A DNA stretch of 64,000 nt from NCBI RefSeq assembly GCF_009914755.1, contig NC_060938.1; one strand, 5' to 3'. Origin of the DNA: the human T2T-CHM13v2.0 reference genome, Homo sapiens. Positions 55,694 through 64,000 of the stretch are shown here, piece after piece. Under the pieces are notes generated by a model. It was not told where the DNA came from and did no database searches. It saw nothing but the letters and a program-made list of their open reading frames with translations. The position numbers were made by a program, and so were the translations under genes. Every line of letters starts with the position of its first letter. Position 1 is the stretch's first letter.

Positions 55694-57627
55694 TACTCAC
55701 ACTATCCATGAAGTCATATTTGTGTTATTTGAAAGCAGGTTTGGATTAGCTGTAAATGCATATTGGAAACTCTGGGGAAACTACTGAAAAGAGTTTTTTT
55801 TAATGTATGACTGATGATATTAAAGGAAAGAAAAAAAGTTATACAAAAAGCTCAATTAAAACCACAAAACGAAGGAAAAAAAAAGAAGGGCAAAAACAAG
55901 CACATAGAATAAGGGCAACAGAGGAAAAGCAGCTATAAATATGGTAGCTATTAATCCAACAATATCAATAATCACTTTGAAATCAATAGTCTAAAAGTAC
56001 CAATTAAAAGAAGTTGTCACATTGGGTCAAAAAACAGGACCCAATTATATGTTGTCTACAAGAAACCCACTTTAAATATGAAGACAAAAATTAAATGTAA
56101 ACAGTTCACAAAAAAATATACAATGCTAACACTAATCAAAAGAAAGAAGTAGTAGCTACATTGACTTCAGACAAAAAAGATTTCAAAATAAAGAAAGTCT
56201 ACCAATCTTTGACAAAGGAAAAAAGGCAATAAAATGGAGCAAAGACAGTCTTTTCAACAAATGGTGCTGGAAGGACTGAATGTGCAATGTAAAACAAAAT
56301 AGAAAAATAATCTAGAATAGACCTTATACCCTTCAAAAAATTAACTCAAAATAAATGATAGATCTAAATGTAAAATTTAAAACTATAAAACTCTTAAAAT
56401 ATAACATGGGAGAAACTCAAGATGAGCTTGGGTATTGCAGTAAGTTTTTAGATAAAACTCTAAAGGTAAAATCCACGAAGGAAATAATTGATAAGCTAGA
56501 TTTCATTAAAACTGAAAATTTTCCTCTTCATAAAACAAAGTAAAGAGAATGAGAAAACAAGCCAACGATGGGGATAAAAGTATTAGCAAAAGACACATCT
56601 GATAAAAGATTGTTATCCAAAATATACACAAACTCTCAAAACTCAACAATAAGAAAATAAACAGCCTGATTAAAAATAGGGTCAAAGACCTTAACAGACA
56701 CCTCACTAAAGATATACAGATAGCAAATAAGCATACGAAAGAGGTTGCACATAATATGTTTCCGGGTAAGTGCAAGTTAAAACAACGTCATACCACTACA
56801 GACCAGTTAGAATGACCAAAATTCAAACTACTAACAATAATCTGAAGCAACAGGAAATCTCATTCACAGCTGATTGGAATGCAAAATAATACAGTCACTT
56901 TGGAAGACAGTTTACAAAACTAAACATATTCAATTTTGTTCTTCAGTATTTACTCAAAAGAGCTAAAACCTTTGTCCACACAAAACCCTGCAGGTGAATG
57001 GTATAGCAGTTTTATTAATAATTGCTAAAACTTGTAACCAAATGTCCTTCAGTAGAATGGGTAAATTAAGCTGTGGTATATCCAGACAATTGAATATTGT
57101 TCAGTATCAAAAATAAATGAACTGTCAAACCACGAAAAGACATGGAGAAATCTTAAATGCATTTTACCAAGTGAAGGAAGCCAATCTGTAAAAACTACAA
57201 ACTATGTAATTTCAAATACATGGCATTCTGGAAAACGGAAAACTATGGAGACAGTAAAAAGTTCAGTGGTTGCCAGAGGTTGAGTTGGAGGGTGAGAGGA
57301 TGAATAAGTTGAAAAACAGGGAAATTTTAGGGCAATGAAAAACTTTGTACAGTACTATAATGGTGGATACATGTCACATATATTTGTCCAAATCCATAGA
57401 ATGTATACCACCAAGAGTGAATTCTACTGTAAATTATAAACTTTGGGTGATTATGATGTATTAATATAGTTTTGTCACTTGTAACAAATGTACTACTCTG
57501 GTAGAGGATGTTGATTATGCAGGAGGCTCTGCATTTACAGTGCCAAAGGGAATATAGGAAGTCTCCATATCTTGCTCTCAATATTTCCATAATATGGACC
57601 TAAAACTGCAAATTAAGTAGTCTCTTT

Positions 57628-59740
57628 TTTACACTCCCAACAACAGTGAAAAAGCATCCCTATTTCTCCACATCCTCTCCAGTATCTGTTGTTTCCTGAC
57701 TTTTTAATGATCACCATTCTAACTGGTGTGAGATGGTATCTCATTGTGGTTTTGATTTGCATCTCTCTAATGACCAGTAATGATGAGCTTTTTTTGATAT
57801 GTTTTTTGGCCACATATATGTCTTCTTTTGAGAAGTGTCTGTTCATATCCTTCGCCCACTTTTTGATGGGGTTGTTTGTTTTCTTCTTGTAGATTTGTTT
57901 AAGTTCCTTATAGATTCCGGATATTAGCCCTTTGTAAGATGGATAGATTGCAAAAATTTTCTTCCATTCTGTAGTCTGCCTGTTCACTCTGATGATAGTT
58001 TCTTGTTTCTTTTGCTGTGCAGAAGTTCTTTAGCTTAATTAGATCCCATTTGTCAATTTTGGCTTTCATTGCCATTGCTTTTGGTGTTTTAGTCATGAAT
58101 TCTTTGCCCATGCCTATGTCCTGAATGGTATTGTCTAGGTTTTCTTCTAGTATTATTTACATTTAAGTCATTAGTCTAGGTCTTACATTTAAGTCATTAA
58201 TCCATGTTGAGTTAATTTTTGTATAAGGTGTAAGGAAGGGGTCCAGTTTCAATTTTATGCATGTGGCTAGCCAGTTTTCCCAACACCATTTATTAAACAG
58301 GGAATCCTTTCCCCATTGCTTGTTTTTGTCAGGTTTGTCAAAGAACAGACAGTTGTAGATGTGTGGCATTATTTCTGAGGCCTCTGTTCTATTCCGTTGG
58401 TCTATATATCTGTTTTGGTACCAGTGTCATGCTGTTTTGGTTACTGTAGCCTTGTAGTATAGTTTGAAGTCAGGTAGTGTGATGCCTCCCGCTTTGTTCT
58501 TTTTGCTTAGGATTGCCTTGGTTATACGGGCTCCTTTTTGGTTCCATATGAAATTTAAAGGAGGTTTTCTAATTCTGTGAAGAAAGTCAATGGTAGCTTG
58601 ATGGGGACAGCATTGAATCTATAAATTACATTGGGCAGTATGGCCATTTTCACGATATTGATTCTTACTATCCATGAGCATGGAATGTTTTTCCATTTGT
58701 TTGTGTCCTCTTTTATTTCGTTGAGCAGTGGTTGGTAGTTCTCCTTGAAGAGGTCCTTCACATCCCTTATAAGTTGGATTCCTAGGTATTTTATTCTCTT
58801 TGTAGCAATTGTGAATGGCAGTTCACTCATTTTTTGGCTCTCTGTTTGTATATTATTGGTGTATAGGAATGCTTGTGATTTTTGCACATTGATTTTGTAT
58901 CCTGAGATGAAGTTGCTTATCAGCTTAAGGAGATTTGGGGCTGAGACAATGGGGTTTTCTAAATATGCAATCATGTCATCTGTAAACAGAAACAATTTCA
59001 CTTCCTCTCTTCCTATTTGAATACCCTTTATATCTTTCTCTTGCCTGATTGCCCTGGTCAGAACTTCCAATACTATGTTGAATAGGAGTGGTGAGAGAGG
59101 GCATCCTTGTCTTGTGCTGGTTTTCAAAGGGAATGCTTCCAGCTTTTGTCATTCAGTATGATAGACAGTGTGGCAATTCCTTAACAATCTAGAGCCAGAA
59201 ATACAATTTGACCCAGCAATCCCATTACTGGGTATATACCCAAAGATTATAAATCATGCTGCTATAAAGACATATGCACACATATGTTTATTGCGGCACT
59301 ATTCACAATAGCAAAGACTTGGAACCAACCCAAATGCCTATCCATGATAGACTGGATAAAGAAAATGTGGCACATATACACCATGGAATACTATGCAGCC
59401 ATAAAAAAGGATGAGTTCATGTCCTTTGCAGGGACATGGATGAAGCTGGAAACCATCATTCTCAGAAAACTAACACAGGAACAGATAACCAAACACTGCA
59501 TCTTCTCACTAATAAGTGGGAGTTGAACAATGAGAATACATGGACAAAGGGAGGGGAACATCACATACTGGGGCCTGTCAGTGGGTGCGGAGCTAGGGGA
59601 GGGATAGCATTAGGACAAATATCTAATGTAGATCACAGGTTGATGGGTGCGGCAAACCACCATGGCACGTGTATACCTATGTAACAAAGCTGCACATTCT
59701 GCACATGTATCCCAGAACTTAAAGTATAATTTAAAAAAAA
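57628..59740 (+). mobile_element. L1PA (about L1PA7) with long 5' inversion (inverted 57628-59163, sense 59163-59740)
   Basis: Minus-strand ORF2 remnants ([17 protein letters not shown]) abut a plus-strand 3' end 'gtagatcacaggttgatggg...tatcccagaac' and poly-A. Confidence 0.93.
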
Positions 59741-59783
59741 GGAACATGTGCTTCTTAGAATCAGTTAATTATAAAACTCTTAC

Positions 59784-59879
59784 CTGAGGAGAAGTCATGG
59801 AATTAGAAATCCCAAGCCATTTGATTTCAGGAGATTGGGTATATGAATTAACAAATCCCAATACCAATGTATAAGAGCT
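59784..59879 (-). other. Candidate minus-strand exon (96 nt, phase 0-0)
   Basis: 'acttctcag|' ... 'cag|gtaaga'. Single open frame SSYTLVLGFVNSYTQSPEIKWLGISNSMTSPQ. Confidence 0.18.
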
Positions 59880-60497
59880 CTGAGAAGTTCCAGTGATGGA
59901 GTTTGTTTATTTCCATTATCATTATATGTTTTGGATCTTAGATTAAAGGAATATTATGGATAATTATAGAGATCTGTCAAAGTTTTAGCATAAGCAATTT
60001 TGAAAGGATGCCAAATATTAAAATATTATAAATTTAATGTGTTTAATGTGTATTTATATTTAAAGTGTCTTGCAGATGATGGAAATCAGTAGGATTAACT
60101 TTTCAATCTGGAATAAAATTCCTTAAAGCCTCAACATTTTTGCAGCACTTGAATCAATAAATGTTTCACTTTTGTGCATTTGTGAACAGAACATTTTAGT
60201 TTTGTGGGGCTGATGGTAAAAAATTGGAAGCCAAGATTCCAGAATTAATGCAAGCTGATCTCCAAGGCAAAATATACTTGTGACATTTCAAAAGGCAAAA
60301 AAAGAGTCTCTTTTTTTTTTAAGTGAAGAGTAAATAATGGTGAAGATACTCATAAAGAAGAAGGATTACATAGTGAGATAAGGGGTACAAATTATACTCA
60401 ACCAAATATTAAGAGCCATTTTATATTACTATGATGTCATATTGGCATAAGAGTAAATGAGGTAGGCCAAAGAAACAGAGCAAAGTTCCCGAAGCAG

Positions 60498-60499
<2 letters not shown>

Positions 60500-60539
<40 letters not shown>

Positions 60540-60548
60540 CCACACACA
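60500..60548. repeat. (CA)n microsatellite
   Basis: Direct read. Confidence 0.95.
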
Positions 60549-60899
60549 CCTCCCCAAGGTCCCAAATATCACTGAGGAACATTAAAAGTACCATTAGTTC
60601 TAAAGTGCTTAGTTTTAAGAAAATCAACAAGATATAATATTAATGTTCCGATCTTGCTCTTTTCACATCTCTGACTAGCCAGAAAACCCATTATGCAATA
60701 CCGTTTAATTGCCATAGATTCATACTTAAATCATATCTCTTTCCACATGAACTAACCAGCCAAATGTATCATCCTCAGCGCCATATTTCTGCCCATTTGG
60801 AGGATTTCCCTTCCCTCCTAGACTAGCCTTAAGAAGAGCTAAAGTGAACTGGCCATAGGCTCCCAGTTTGCACCAGTATTACCATGCAGAGCCATCAAT

Positions 60900-61428
60900 A
60901 CATAAGATTCACACTTTCTTCCTCCTCTATTAACTAATTAACAGTATTTCTCATTCCCTTCCCCTTGAATCTAGCTTATAATAGAAGTGATGCTACATGA
61001 CTTCCAAGGCCAAGTCAGAGGTCAGAAGTCTTGAAACTTCCATCTTTGGCCCTTGGAATATTCATTCTTTATAACTTCCTCTTAGGACACTGCCTTTCAA
61101 AACCCACTTGCCAGGCTGCTTGAAGTCCAAGACACACGAAAAATCCTGTGTAGGTATGTGCCCATCTGAGCTCCCAGTGGGTAACCAACATCAATTGTCA
61201 ACCATGTGAATGAGCCATCTTGAATGTCCAACCTAGTCAGGCTTTCAAATGATTGAATTCCCAACCAAAATTTGAATGTAGCCTTTTGAGAAGCTTCAAG
61301 CCAGAATCACGCATTTGAACCCTTCTCAAATTCCTGACCTCCAAAATCATGAACAAAATAAAATGGTTGTTGCTGCAAGCTGCTAAGTAATAGGTACTCT
61401 GTTGTGCAGTAACAGATAATAAGAGACA
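60900..61428 (+). mobile_element. MLT1G/H-type LTR
   Basis: 'agaagtgatgctacatgacttccaaggc', 'ccatgtgaatgagccatcttgaatgtcc', 'aaataaaatggttgttg...taacagataataagagaca'. Confidence 0.75.
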
Positions 61429-61925
61429 GATGTAATTAGTGTTACATTATCAGATGTTGTCTGAGATGTCATCACTCTCAAGTTATCTCCAGATTATATT
61501 TTGATAGAAAGCAGAAAAGTTGATACAGCCATGAGGCAGGAAATAAATATATACTTTTGTTACTGTCATGTGAGGAAAAAGTGATTCTAATTTTATAATT
61601 AGATGAAAAAGTACTTTCTAGTTTTATATCAGTGGCTATTCTTGTTTGCCAGTGGAGATAACACACTGGAAATGTACCTATAATTAGCAAAACCACCTGG
61701 TTACATTTGTCATAATCTTCAGTATTAGTTCTCAAAATGTGGCCCCTAGATGACTTCAGATGTGGAAAGACTTAATATACAAAAAGCACATATCATAACC
61801 TATTTAATATATCAGTCATTGTTAAAAATATTACACCTTTCATAAAATAAAATCATTTAAAAGTGAAGTCACGCAAAAGGAGATACATATGACTCAGCAA
61901 TACATATGACTTAAGATTACTATTT

Positions 61926-61993
61926 AGAATATACAATCTCTTTCAAAGTAATAAAGAGATTTGAGAATATAAAATCTCTTTCAAACTAATAAA
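61926..61993. repeat. Tandem duplication of about 38 bp
   Basis: 'agaatata.aatctctttcaaa.taataaa' twice. Confidence 0.8.
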
Positions 61994-62524
61994 AAAACAA
62001 AGAATCTAAACTACTTCTCCCTGGCAAATAAATGGTCAAAAGCCATAAATAAACATGTCATAGATTGAGATACATGGAGAAGAAATGAATATTTGAAAAG
62101 ATGATCAATCCTTTTAACAATTAGGAGAATGAACATTAAAAACCACAAACACCTTTTTAAACTCCCCAGGATAAGAAAAAATTAAAAGCGTGGCAAGAAG
62201 TATTGACAAGAATGCAGATAACAAGAAAGTTTATAAACTGCCAGTGGAAGTGAAAGTCAGTACAATCACCACTTTCATAAATAATTTGTAATTACCTTGT
62301 AAGTTTGAATATGTAACCACCCCAACCCCTCCACAACACATCAATTCTACACCAATAAAGCAAGAAATCCCAGGCATATAGACACCGACGTCATATGTGA
62401 GAATTTAATGGCAACATCGTTTGAAAGAAAAATAACAACTACAAAAATGAAAACAAGTCAATGTCCGTGGTCTTGAGCCTAGCTACATTAATCAAAGGTT
62501 ATTCATACAAAAGAATGTTATGTT

Positions 62525-62657
62525 CCCCGGCATGGTGGCTCATGCCTGTAATCCCAGCATTTAGGAAGGCAGAGGCAGGAGGATAGCTAGAGCCCAGGAG
62601 TTTAAGACTTCTCTGGGCAATATAGTGAGACTCTGTTCGCCACAAAAAGACAAAAAA
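62525..62657 (+). mobile_element. FLAM / free left Alu monomer
   Basis: Single arm 'catggtggctcatgcctgtaatcccagc...gagcccaggagttt...gcaatatagtgagact' plus A-tail. Confidence 0.8.
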
Positions 62658-62691
62658 TGATTATTATGTAGCCTTACAAATGGGCAAACTA

Positions 62692-63138
<447 letters not shown>

Positions 63139-63329
63139 TTAATTATTTGAAATTGATGTTTTTGTAGGTGAAAAAGATGAGTATTGACAATTTATTATGG
63201 TTCAATATCACAAATAAATGTGGTAAAATTATTTAAAAAGTCAATGAAGTGATTAATAACAACATTTAGTATTTAGTCATATACCTGATATGGTTAAGTT
63301 GATGAAGCAATCAATAAAATACAATTCTC

Positions 63330-64000
63330 AAAATCTATTCACATGCAGCATTCATTTTAATAGAGAAACCATAAGCAAATTAATGTCTTGTGATCAATAA
63401 CCTATGGAAAAACAGAAGTGAGGTAGATAAGGAATATTTGATGGTCTTGGAGAAGGTGAGGTAGCTATTTGATAAACAGGTCACAGAAGTTCTCTCTGCT
63501 CAGGTAAAATATAAGAAGAAATCTGATGGAAAAAAAGAAGGGAGCCCATGACTCTCTCACTGTCCAGTGTTATTGGCATAAGGAAAGGCAAGGGCAAATG
63601 CTTTTAAAAGGGGTGCACGTGGATCATTGCAGGAATGGCAAAAATGCCTATATACCTACGGAGCAGAGTAGGTTGGTAGCAGGGTAGGGAAAGTGATAGA
63701 AATGAGGTTAGAGAAGAAGTCAGGAGTAAGATCATGTAGGGCCCTATAGGTCATCTTGTCATTTAGTCTGAGTTAGATGGAAAGTTGCTGGTGAGTTTTG
63801 AGTAGAGAAATGATGTTATCAGTTTTACATTTTATGAGGATCACTCAGGATACAATATGGAGATGAGATTGCAGGAGAAAAAGATAGGTAGATAAAAAAC
63901 CAATTAGGAAACAACTGCAATAATCCAGGCAAGAAAAAATAATGGCATGGAATTAAGGTAGTAGCTCTGGAAGTAGTGAGAATTGATTTGGGATCTAATT
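63330..64000 (-). mobile_element. L2 fragment
   Basis: 'gatcatgtagggccctataggtcat', 'gagttttgagtagagaaatgatg', 'tgcaataatccaggcaaga' are classic antisense L2 motifs. Confidence 0.8.

Larger units (their letters stand above)
52785..57625 (+). mobile_element. Old L1MC-type element with 5' region, ORF1, internally deleted ORF2 and 3' end
   Basis: ORF1-like 'gaaattattagaccagaaatttaaa'; EN start near 55960; jump to the C-terminal region near 56200; 3' UTR 'aaatccatagaatgtataccaccaagagtgaa...gtaacaaatgtactactctggt'. Confidence 0.7.

Overview
AT-rich, CpG-depleted primate genomic DNA (AluY and an L1PA2-type element point to human or great ape). Most of the window is interspersed repeat: many LINE-1 copies of different ages, about 10 Alu/FLAM elements, MaLR LTR elements (THE1, MST, MLT1, including two probable two-LTR proviruses), and MLT2, L2, MIR, MER5A and MER6B fragments, plus microsatellites. 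No intact protein-coding gene is recognisable. Essentially all listed ORFs are L1 ORF2 remnants or Alu, MaLR, L2 or simple-repeat read-throughs. The most notable structures read from the sequence are: (i) two local templated insertions of about 170-200 bp, each copied from unique DNA 2-3 kb away and each about 93% identical to its donor; (ii) three twin-priming-type 5'-inverted L1s of different ages; (iii) an Alu junction and an L1/L1 junction that look like deletion scars; (iv) a strong plus-strand bias of L1s, suggesting the window lies inside a minus-strand transcription unit, with a few low-confidence minus-strand exon candidates (18.0-19.7 kb, 59.8 kb). I found no convincing new biological system. 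Subfamily calls come from recalled consensus features and are approximate, as are the boundaries of old elements.
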